DNA from: an uncultured virus (IMG/VR IMGVR_UViG_3300032931_000857)
Taxonomy: Duplodnaviria; Heunggongvirae; Uroviricota; Caudoviricetes
Reading direction: 5' to 3' (one strand)
IMG/VR virus record: IMGVR_UViG_3300032931_000857
DNA length: 64,000 nt
Shown here: positions 43,714-52,262 of the stretch, in pieces
How positions within the stretch are numbered: position 1 is the first letter of the stretch
Layout: each line of letters starts with the position of its first letter
Program-made: the position numbers and the translations under genes
The notes under the pieces: model-generated
What the model saw: only the letters and a program-made list of their open reading frames with translations
What the model was told of the DNA's origin: nothing
Database searches by the model: none

Positions 43714-44142
43714 ATGTCAAATCAAGAATACAATTTTCAAAAAGATCTTGAAGATGCCATTTTCAATTCAGACTCATCAAAAATAAATAGACATGAATTA
43801 CTTATTGATATTTTTAAAAATTATGTAGCAAAACTTTTTGAATATATATTATCTAAAAAGGAAAAAAATAGAATAGAATTAGATGCAATGATACAGATTA
43901 AACGTAACTTAATAAATGAGTTTACAAAAGCAAGTCTTGGTGAATATCAAAAAACAGACGATCAATATGATGAATTATTTGAACAAACTATTAAAGAAAT
44001 ATTTAACGATGCCGCGCTTAATCATGAAGGTGAAAATATAGTAAGTGTAAATCAAAATCTTGAAATTAATAAAACCATATATACAAATGAACATGGATTA
44101 TTTGTTCCATTCCATGGGAACACGCCAACATATATTAATTAA
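43714..44142 (+). CDS. Hypothetical protein
   Basis: AAGGAG RBS; opposite strand to neighbours. Confidence 0.65.
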   Translation: MSNQEYNFQKDLEDAIFNSDSSKINRHELLIDIFKNYVAKLFEYILSKKEKNRIELDAMIQIKRNLINEFTKASLGEYQKTDDQYDELFEQTIKEIFNDAALNHEGENIVSVNQNLEINKTIYTNEHGLFVPFHGNTPTYIN

Positions 44143-44618
44143 TGTTTAAAAGATTGTGCGTTTCGACTAAAAGAATTGTTCTTTGATTTAACATCCTGAG
44201 TTCTTTTTTCTGCAGGACTCAATCCTTTAAATTTCTTTTGTTTTGCAAAATCTATTTCTAATTTAATTTTTTCTTCAGGTTTGATTGATGGATTTTCTTT
44301 TAAACTTAAAATTTTTTCAGTTATTTTCTGAAAATTTTTAACGTAATCAATATTAGCTTTTTTAACATGTTCTGGAAGTTTTTTAATATTCTTTGTATGC
44401 TTAGCCCATCTATCTGCAGTTCCTTTAGGAACTTCTCCACGGTCCTCTGCAGCAAACATCCATCTTCTTTGAGCATCTGATTTAAAAGGAGCAATTTTTT
44501 CAAATTCAGCCTTTTTAGCCATATCTTTATGTTTTTTAGCAGCAAGTTCTTTAGGTGTTGCTTGTGCGTAAAAAGCTTTTCTTTGAGCATTGGTTTTAAA
44601 AGAAGCTACAATTTTCAT
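44139..44618 (-). CDS. Basic putative virion protein
   Basis: Duplicated motif FKTNAQRKAF / FKSDAQRRWM. Confidence 0.55.
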   Translation of the reverse strand: MKIVASFKTNAQRKAFYAQATPKELAAKKHKDMAKKAEFEKIAPFKSDAQRRWMFAAEDRGEVPKGTADRWAKHTKNIKKLPEHVKKANIDYVKNFQKITEKILSLKENPSIKPEEKIKLEIDFAKQKKFKGLSPAEKRTQDVKSKNNSFSRNAQSFKH

Positions 44619-44666
44619 AAACTTACCTCATCTTAATATTTAAATTTTTTATAATATTTTGACATA

Positions 44667-46334
44667 TTATTGAACTGTTATAGCCGTATTTGAATCCGAT
44701 TCTTCACTATCTCCACCAATTAAATATTTAGAATACTCTCCACGAATAACTTTACATGCTATATTGCTAAACATGAATGAATGAAATGCATCATCAGGAA
44801 CTATATGATCATATTTTGTCATTCTTGTTTGTTCACTATATTCAGAAATTATACCGGTAAAATCCGGTTCAAATTCTTTAAACTGTTCATATCTAAAAAA
44901 AGATACTTCAGTTCTTTTTATTTCCATGATAATATCAGTCATTACTCGTGTTCTATTAATAATATAATGCCCTTTATTATGATCCCATTTTATTTTTTTT
45001 ATTAATGTTCCATGTTCATATATTTCAGCAAATTTAACAGGACCAAGAGCAGCTACCATTATGGCATTGGAAGTTCTTCCATCTCCACTATCTGCAATGG
45101 TAAGAGAGCAATCAAATTTTTTAATAATTTTTAACATATCTTTAATTTGAATTGTAGCTTCAGATAATTTTCCTGTATATTTTTTTTTAAATATAACAAT
45201 AAATTTATTAATATCATACATTCCAATTGTTAACATAGAATACGATGTACCCGATGCGGTATCTCCTTTTCCCCAATCTATACCGGCATATGTTTTTTTT
45301 CCTTTTAATCTTTTATCGGTATTTCCTATACCTTCTTCTATCATATCAACATTTTCACAACATCTTTTAATATCGGCAGAAGTAATAGGATGTCTGGCAG
45401 CTGCATATGACAATGCAAGAACCTCATTATAATACTTTTCAATACTATACTGAGTTTTAGTTTGTATTACGTTAATTTGCCATACTTTAGGATTTTTTTC
45501 ATTATTAATCCAATTTAAAACTATTTGAGGAAGTCTATATCCATCTATGAATCCGCTTCCCATTGATACCCATTGACCATTTTCGTAATAAATAGGCTTG
45601 CCACATTTATTACATATAAGACACGTATCACCAATATTGTTTTCATTAATATAATTATACTTTTTACATCCAGTATTTTCACATTTAATAATCCATTCAT
45701 TTTGAGTAGAATTAGCCCAACAATATCTTTCAAGAGTATTTTCAACAGTTTTTGGAGTTCCTGCATATAATTTACAATTGAATAAATGCATTGGAAGATT
45801 GGGTATAGTATCTTTCATTCTTTCCCATTTAGCAAGACTATGACTCATTGATTGTTCAACAACTGATATTTGATCGCTTATAATATCTTGAACTTCATCT
45901 ATTTCAATAACGTCAGCAGAAATTCCTCTTATTGAATCTGCAGTATGAAACATAGATCGTAAATAAATTTTACTTCCATTTACTAATTCTTTATAAGATA
46001 TTTGATCTTTAGTTTTAGTATCAAAATAATGATTTTTAATTATAGGAGAATCTTTTAAAGCAGTATCCAATTTATCAGTTGAAAATACTGATATTTGTTT
46101 ACCGGTTGGAGCCGCATACAATACATGATAATATGGATACTTAATAGCAGGTATAGCTGTTTTAAAACCTAATATAGTTGATTTATGTGTTTGCCTGCCA
46201 AATTTAAGAACTATAGCAGATGATGGTTTGTTGTAAATAGGAATTAAATGTTTCATGGAATTCTTTGGCATTTGCAAAGGTATTCCATTAAGTTGAAATA
46301 TATTTGATGCAAATTGAATAGGAGTTATAAACAT
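44667..46334 (-). CDS. terL: Terminase large subunit
   Basis: Walker A GRQTHKST, Walker B IEIDEVQD, GTP coupling motif, Zn ribbon, nuclease GIDWG and DDAFH. Confidence 0.8.
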   Translation of the reverse strand: MFITPIQFASNIFQLNGIPLQMPKNSMKHLIPIYNKPSSAIVLKFGRQTHKSTILGFKTAIPAIKYPYYHVLYAAPTGKQISVFSTDKLDTALKDSPIIKNHYFDTKTKDQISYKELVNGSKIYLRSMFHTADSIRGISADVIEIDEVQDIISDQISVVEQSMSHSLAKWERMKDTIPNLPMHLFNCKLYAGTPKTVENTLERYCWANSTQNEWIIKCENTGCKKYNYINENNIGDTCLICNKCGKPIYYENGQWVSMGSGFIDGYRLPQIVLNWINNEKNPKVWQINVIQTKTQYSIEKYYNEVLALSYAAARHPITSADIKRCCENVDMIEEGIGNTDKRLKGKKTYAGIDWGKGDTASGTSYSMLTIGMYDINKFIVIFKKKYTGKLSEATIQIKDMLKIIKKFDCSLTIADSGDGRTSNAIMVAALGPVKFAEIYEHGTLIKKIKWDHNKGHYIINRTRVMTDIIMEIKRTEVSFFRYEQFKEFEPDFTGIISEYSEQTRMTKYDHIVPDDAFHSFMFSNIACKVIRGEYSKYLIGGDSEESDSNTAITVQ

Positions 46335-46338
46335 TAAA

Positions 46339-47367
46339 TTAAATATCACCTTTAATATTTTCAAATAAATTTGGAATATCATCTATTTTAGTAATATGTT
46401 CTTCACAATTATCAAATTCTAATTGTACCTGTTTCATTTGATTAAAAAATTTAGTTGTAGAATCTTGATCAGACGCTCCAGTATGTTCTTTAACTTTAAT
46501 AAAAATATCTAACCATTGTTTAGCCAACTTAACACGCATTTCTTCTACATTACGTTTTGTAGTTTTTGTACTATCGAATACTCCAAACTTATCGTTCTGA
46601 CCCTCTTCTTTAATCTCTTCAATACTTTGAGTAGAATTCATTACTTCATAAAATTTGTATATACTATCAGTTTGAACCTGTTTAAGAAAATCATCAGTAT
46701 TAGGAGTTGTAATAGGAATTCCTAATTTCCATTTTATATAATTAATATTATGAAAATTAACCGTAACATCACTACCATCATTAGATGGACACTCAATTTC
46801 AGTATCATTATTAAATTTACGTATAATTAAAGTATTGTCATGAAAAGGAATGCAATACTTTAATGCATCTTTTGCAGTTAAATTATCAGTATCCCAAAAT
46901 ATTTTTTTATACAAATTTAACGCATCAATACCTATCTTTTTTTTATACTTTAACATTATTATATCAGATATATTTTCAAGTGGTTCGTTATTGAAAATGA
47001 ATATATTAACAATTGACATAACATCATAATAAGAATGAATCCAAACACAATCTTCACACCATTTAAAATAATTAGGAACATCTGAATTATTTTTATTATT
47101 ACTAGTTATATAATGATATAACTCAAATATATTTAATTTTTTCAACCATTCAACATGAATATTATTTTCTAAATTTAGTAATAATCTGTTATTTAAAATA
47201 TCAATAACACTTTTAGGAAGTGTAGATTTTAATTCATTTGAAATTAATAATATTTCATCTTCTGTTATATCATAATTAAATGATTTAAGCTTATCAATTA
47301 TATCATTGATAGTCTTACCACAAAATAATAAAGTAATAATAAAATTTTTAAATGGCACTTTATTCAT
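46339..47367 (-). CDS. Hypothetical protein, possible terminase small subunit
   Basis: Directly upstream of terL. Confidence 0.4.
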   Translation of the reverse strand: MNKVPFKNFIITLLFCGKTINDIIDKLKSFNYDITEDEILLISNELKSTLPKSVIDILNNRLLLNLENNIHVEWLKKLNIFELYHYITSNNKNNSDVPNYFKWCEDCVWIHSYYDVMSIVNIFIFNNEPLENISDIIMLKYKKKIGIDALNLYKKIFWDTDNLTAKDALKYCIPFHDNTLIIRKFNNDTEIECPSNDGSDVTVNFHNINYIKWKLGIPITTPNTDDFLKQVQTDSIYKFYEVMNSTQSIEEIKEEGQNDKFGVFDSTKTTKRNVEEMRVKLAKQWLDIFIKVKEHTGASDQDSTTKFFNQMKQVQLEFDNCEEHITKIDDIPNLFENIKGDI

Positions 47368-47498
47368 ATATACCCATACTAATATTATATAACAAAATAT
47401 ACATTATGTAATTATTTTTAAATTTAATTGTATAATATTTAAAAATATGTTATATTTAATTATAACAGAAATTATATAAATTATCAGAAAGGTAAACA

Positions 47499-48572
47499 AT
47501 GAATACTCAAACAAAAATTGCTGGATCTTTTTTGAATAAGATGTTAACAGTAGGAGCTGGAGCTGCTATTGCTACTCCAGCTGCTGCTATAATAGGACAT
47601 AAACTTGGCTACCAATCAGGTGCTAGAAAGGCAAGTAATGAAATGGCTACACAATTTGATATTGCAAATCAAGAGGAAAATTCTCAAATTGCAAATGAAT
47701 TTTTTAATCGTGGAGTTAGAGCTGCTTCGGAAATACCAAAAGAAGCAATGGAATGCTATTATGAAGGGTTTAATGATGAACTTGAAAAGATTGGCGCTGG
47801 AGTACCTAAGTGGATGAAGGAAATGATGCCAAGTCTAAAAAAAGCATTAACTACTGGATACAAAGCAATTAAAGGCGCTCCAGGACAGGCTATAAAAGGA
47901 ACTAAAGAATCTTTTAAAGCAATGTATGGGAAAGGTCCAGGATCTATAACACAAGCTATTCAAGGAAAATCGTCTTTGAATAAAGCTTTTAAATCTTTAA
48001 AAGGTGAAAAAATTACTTCCCAATCACATCCTGCATTATGGCATGCAGGAGCCGAGGCCCCATCAGTAATAAAAGCTGTTGTTAAATCACTACCTGCTAT
48101 AGCAATCCAAGGTGCTGCAGCAACTGGAGCAGTATATGGTGGAGCTAAAGGAGTTAAAGCATTAACTGGTCATAAAAAAGAAGCTGGAATAAAAGAAGCT
48201 GGAGCGAAAGAAATATATCAAGCAGTTAAAGGTGCTGTTAAAGGCGTCGCCAAAGCAGGATATAAAGGAACCAAAGAATCTTTTGGAGCAGCATATGGAA
48301 AAGGGCCAGGAAGTATTAGAGCAAGTAGAATTATGGCCAATCCAAATTTATTTGATACAAAAACAAAAAAAGTTTTTGATAAAACAAAATTACTTGCAGC
48401 TGCTAAAAAAGCAGCTCCTGCAGTTGGGTTAACACTTGCAGGAGGCGGGGCAGCAGCGTATGGCGGAGTTAAAGGTGTTCAAGCTTTAACTGGTCATAAA
48501 AAAACAGCAGAACTAAATCAAACTAACAATCCTCAAATTCCAACAGGAACTGGGGCTGAACGTCGTTACTAA
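47499..48572 (+). CDS. Ala/Gly/Lys-rich putative virion protein with internal duplication
   Basis: KGTKESF.A.YGKGPGSI and YGG.KGV.ALTGHKK each twice; GFNDELEKIG motif. Confidence 0.6.
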   Translation: MNTQTKIAGSFLNKMLTVGAGAAIATPAAAIIGHKLGYQSGARKASNEMATQFDIANQEENSQIANEFFNRGVRAASEIPKEAMECYYEGFNDELEKIGAGVPKWMKEMMPSLKKALTTGYKAIKGAPGQAIKGTKESFKAMYGKGPGSITQAIQGKSSLNKAFKSLKGEKITSQSHPALWHAGAEAPSVIKAVVKSLPAIAIQGAAATGAVYGGAKGVKALTGHKKEAGIKEAGAKEIYQAVKGAVKGVAKAGYKGTKESFGAAYGKGPGSIRASRIMANPNLFDTKTKKVFDKTKLLAAAKKAAPAVGLTLAGGGAAAYGGVKGVQALTGHKKTAELNQTNNPQIPTGTGAERRY

Positions 48573-48642
48573 AATATTAATTGATTGACCATTCCTTAAC
48601 CTAAAGTACGAAGATCCCTGGTTCTTAAGTAGTTAACTATTA

Positions 48643-48678
48643 TGTTATTTTTTACAAAAATATGGTATAACAATAATG
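48643..48678 (+). promoter_or_regulatory. Putative phage promoter, motif copy 5
   Basis: TGTTATT-N13-TGGTATAACAATAATG. Confidence 0.6.
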
Positions 48679-48980
48679 AGTATGTTTAACCTACTTAAAG
48701 CATGTATATTATGGTTAAATGTTTCTGTTCACTAACAGATTCATGAAGTTGATTTTAACCCAACTGTCATGAATAAAAAATGAGGTTAAAGGTAAAAATA
48801 ATAATATCACGACCTACCTCGTTTTATTATTATAATTTAAAAAATATATATCGAAAGATATATAAGGTAGGATAATTTGATTTTATTTAGAGCAAAGACT
48901 TCTGCATAGATGTTAAAATGCAAGATAGAGTTTCCAGTTCTGTATTCAATGATTTTAATTGAACTGGCATGCTTTTTATT
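48676..48980 (+). ncRNA. Structured ncRNA candidate upstream of RT operon (msr/msd-like?)
   Basis: Serial hairpins 48724-48739, 48740-48773, 48777-48825, 48845-48864 (GAAA loop), 48934-48967; terminal pairing aaagcatg/catgcttt. Confidence 0.5.
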
Positions 48981-49034
48981 ATAATATTATATTATATTAT
49001 TTTATTATTTTTTTTTAATTATAAACAAAAAAAA

Positions 49035-49070
49035 TGTTATTTTCATGATAATTATGTAATAACAATTATA
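49035..49070 (+). promoter_or_regulatory. Putative phage promoter, motif copy 6
   Basis: TGTTATT-N13-TGTAATAACAATTATA. Confidence 0.55.
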
Positions 49071-49084
49071 GAAGATTTTTAAAG

Positions 49085-49118
49085 AGAGAATTAGATTCGT
49101 CTGATTCTCTTTTTTTTA
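49085..49118 (+). terminator. UUCG hairpin plus U-run in the operon leader
   Basis: agagaattaga-ttcg-tctgattctct-ttttttt. Confidence 0.6.
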
Positions 49119-49140
49119 TTTATTACCCAAAAAAAAGGAG

Positions 49141-50328
49141 ATGCATGTGGGATTAGAAAATTATTGTAATAAAAAGAAACACTATATTTTTTTTCATGAT
49201 GATATGGATGGCATATACACATCAGCCATATTTATTAAATCTTTTATTGAAAATGACACTAAAAATTTTCCAATCAAATTATGCCCTGTCAAAACATCAA
49301 TGAGAGGAATTAAATTTAATTCATTTATTAAAGAAATCTGTTTAAAAAATATAAATCCAAATATTATAATCATTGATTACCAATACAACGATTTATGTAA
49401 TATATGGATTGATCATCATCAAAACAAAGAGTTCACCGATAAAACAACTAATGAATTAATAGAAATATATAATAAAAAACATATTATATACTCAATAGGT
49501 GAAAAATCCGCAACACGAGTTTTATATAATTATATAATAAAAAATCAATCAAATAAATTAGATGTAATCAACAATTTTATTGATGATATTAATATTATAG
49601 ATATGATTGATTCTGCAAATTATACTAATGTAAATTCTGTTTTTAATAGTTTACATCCATTAATGATTTTAAGAGCATACCTTGAAAATATGAAATTATA
49701 TATTGATAATACATATTGTCGTATAGTTGAAAATATAGTTAAATATGATTTTGATATTGATGATCTATTATTTTCGATGAATATAGATAATTCAGAAGTT
49801 TTAAATTTAAAAAAAAGAGCTTTAAAAATTGAAAAAAATATAGTTAAAAATATTAATGTAGGAATAATATACTGTAATTCATTATATGAATATCCTAGAT
49901 ATTCTGAATTTTTTGTCAATCAAGACCTTCCTTATTCTATTAGAATTATAAATCATGGAGAAGAATCTATTCATTGTGAAATAGGAGCTAATCCATGGGT
50001 TGAATTTAGATACGATCTTAATATTGGTAAATTTCTTTCAGATCTTTCATATCCTATATCAGGAGGTGGGCATAAAAAAGTTGGAGGAGCAATATTGAAA
50101 ATTGGTGATTTAGATAAATTTTTAAATCAAATAACAACTTATATAAATGAAGGAGAAGATATTAGTATGGAAAAATATTCAGTTGACAAAGAAGATTCAG
50201 TTGAAAAAAAAGCTAATGAAATAGTTAAACAAGCATCATCTGAAAATAAAGAAATCACTATTGATGACGCACGCGAACAAGCTGTTAAAAAAATAGATAA
50301 AAAGGAGACTGGAGATGTTCAAGGATAA
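49141..50328 (+). CDS. DHH/DHHA1 family phosphoesterase
   Basis: HDDMDG, IIIIDY, WIDHH, GGGHKKVGG. Confidence 0.85.
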   Translation: MHVGLENYCNKKKHYIFFHDDMDGIYTSAIFIKSFIENDTKNFPIKLCPVKTSMRGIKFNSFIKEICLKNINPNIIIIDYQYNDLCNIWIDHHQNKEFTDKTTNELIEIYNKKHIIYSIGEKSATRVLYNYIIKNQSNKLDVINNFIDDINIIDMIDSANYTNVNSVFNSLHPLMILRAYLENMKLYIDNTYCRIVENIVKYDFDIDDLLFSMNIDNSEVLNLKKRALKIEKNIVKNINVGIIYCNSLYEYPRYSEFFVNQDLPYSIRIINHGEESIHCEIGANPWVEFRYDLNIGKFLSDLSYPISGGGHKKVGGAILKIGDLDKFLNQITTYINEGEDISMEKYSVDKEDSVEKKANEIVKQASSENKEITIDDAREQAVKKIDKKETGDVQG

Positions 50329-51385
50329 TAGTAATTTCGACATTCAATACTTTATGAATTCATCAATAGATGAAATTGATGAAATCATTGCAAATAAAGA
50401 TAAACATATAAGAAGAATGAATATACCTAAAAGTGACGGATCGTTAAGAAGTATAATTGCTCCTGATAACAAATTAAAATATATACAAAAAAGTATTTAT
50501 TGGAAATTTCTAAAAAAATATAAACCAAGCGATGCAGCTCATGGATTTGTTAATAAGAGGGGCATTGTAACAAACGCAAGATTGCACGTAGGAGCAATGT
50601 CTTTAGGAAAGATAGATATAAAAAATTTTTTTGATTCAATATCTCAAGATCATTTAAAAAATTGTCTTTTTGGAAACAAAGTAATTTGTAGGTTTTGTAA
50701 ATTTTATGATAGAATGCTTGAAAATGGATGCAATCCGTCATTGTATCATAATAAATTAAAAGATTATGAATTTAAATGCGAAGAAATTAAAGCCGTATTT
50801 ATTCCTGAATATTGTATCGAAACAGGATACCAATCATTAATGACACGAGTAATTGATATCTGTACTTATAATGGATTTTGCGCTCAAGGATTTCCAACAT
50901 CACCAATTCTTGCAAACCTCATTATGAGAGGTTTTGATAAAAAATTACTTGAACATTGTGAAAAAAATAATATAATATACACCAGATACGCTGATGACTT
51001 AACTTTCTCCAGTAAAACTATTAATAAAATCGAACTTGAAAAACAAGTAAAAAATTTAGCATATCAACAATTGTGGGCTTACAAACTGCGACCCAATAAG
51101 AAAAAAACTAAATTTAAATCTAAATCTGGAAGACTCAAAACATGCGGAATAATAGTTAATGTAAAAACGTCAGTCCCCAGATACGATGTAAGAATTTTTA
51201 GAGCAAAAGTTCATAATGCAACAAAAAAAAATCCAGATCAAACTACTAAAAAAATATTAAGAAAATTAAAAGGATGGGCGTCATATTTAATGTCTATTGA
51301 TGCTTATCAAGGTAAAAAATATATGGAAAAATTAAAACAGTTTGAAAAAGAAAAATTTGGCCTTACGACAAAGGGGGCCAAATGA
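50315..51385 (+). CDS. Reverse transcriptase, retron-like
   Basis: IPKSDGSLRSI, AAHGF, NARLH (NAxxH), DIKNFFDSI, QGFPTSP, RYADDLTFS, TCGIIVN (VTG-like). Confidence 0.9.
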   Translation: MFKDNSNFDIQYFMNSSIDEIDEIIANKDKHIRRMNIPKSDGSLRSIIAPDNKLKYIQKSIYWKFLKKYKPSDAAHGFVNKRGIVTNARLHVGAMSLGKIDIKNFFDSISQDHLKNCLFGNKVICRFCKFYDRMLENGCNPSLYHNKLKDYEFKCEEIKAVFIPEYCIETGYQSLMTRVIDICTYNGFCAQGFPTSPILANLIMRGFDKKLLEHCEKNNIIYTRYADDLTFSSKTINKIELEKQVKNLAYQQLWAYKLRPNKKKTKFKSKSGRLKTCGIIVNVKTSVPRYDVRIFRAKVHNATKKNPDQTTKKILRKLKGWASYLMSIDAYQGKKYMEKLKQFEKEKFGLTTKGAK

Positions 51386-51867
51386 TTTTTGAAATATATA
51401 CAGACGGAGCATGTTCTGGAAACAGATTAAATAGCGAATGCAAAGGAGGATACGGATATATAATTATATTAAATTATAAAAAAATTATGAAAGGTGGTGG
51501 ATTCCGTATCAATGTAACAAATAATCAAATGGAATTGATTGCAGTAATAGGAAGTTTATTACGATTAAAAAAATTTTTACGGTCATCACAATCATTAATA
51601 AAAGATCATGATTGCATTATTAATAGCGATTCTCAGTATGTAACTGAAAATTGGAATGATTATATTATAGAATGGGCAAATAATGGTTGGAGAAAATCCA
51701 ATGGAAAAGCTTTATTAAATAAAAAATTGTGGAAAAAAATATATTCATTAGTTTTAGAATTTAAAACTGTTAAATTTAAATGGGTTGAAGGTCATGGGGA
51801 TGATAAAAATAATCAAGAAGTTGATCATATAGCAAAAGATTTCATTAAAAGAAGTCCACATGAATAA
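51382..51867 (+). CDS. rnhA: Ribonuclease HI
   Basis: YTDGACSGN, TNNQMEL, NSDSQY, WVEGH, NQEVD. Confidence 0.92.
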   Translation: MIFEIYTDGACSGNRLNSECKGGYGYIIILNYKKIMKGGGFRINVTNNQMELIAVIGSLLRLKKFLRSSQSLIKDHDCIINSDSQYVTENWNDYIIEWANNGWRKSNGKALLNKKLWKKIYSLVLEFKTVKFKWVEGHGDDKNNQEVDHIAKDFIKRSPHE

Positions 51868-52075
51868 AAGTGATTACAAAACTCCTAATGCTAAAAAAAT
51901 AATTAAACACGTAAAAAAAATTACCGATACTATATTTGATTTGGCAGATGCTATTGTTGATAATAGCAACACCATTTCAAATGAAGTAAAAGAAATTAAA
52001 AATATAAAAAAAGAATTCAGAAGAAAGAATCTTAGTAAAAGTAAAGATTCTAAGTTGGGTGAATCGCCCAACTAA
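51860..52075 (+). CDS. Small basic hypothetical protein, last gene of RT operon
   Basis: Overlaps the RNase H stop. Confidence 0.55.
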   Translation: MNKSDYKTPNAKKIIKHVKKITDTIFDLADAIVDNSNTISNEVKEIKNIKKEFRRKNLSKSKDSKLGESPN

Positions 52076-52260
52076 GTAGGTAATTAGTTCATTGTTCCAC
52101 TTTAGTTTAAAGTGGAACAATTTCTATTACCTGCCTGTTCACGAACTTTTTATAAAAGTTCGTGCAGGGCCATACAGGTTAAGATCCCTGTCTGGCCCCG
52201 ACCCCAGCCAGGTATTGTCTGATAATTCTTACTCTCGTATTCGACACGGGAGTTTTTTTT
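52076..52260 (+). ncRNA. Structured segment downstream of RT operon ending in terminator
   Basis: ttgttccacttt/aaagtggaacaa, cacgaactttt/aaaagttcgtg, GC-rich small stems, actctcgt..acgggagt plus T-run. Confidence 0.5.
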
Positions 52261-52262
52261 AG

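Noticed and set aside
48573..48830. Tandem repeat array upstream of the RT (ttaacc recurrences)
   Set aside because: Only short 6-8 nt matches at irregular spacing in AT-rich DNA; not supportable as an array
50315..51385. RT as DGR or group II intron RT
   Set aside because: No TR/VR pair with A-specific mismatches and no Avd-like gene seen; no maturase/En domain or intron domain V recognised; motifs are retron-like
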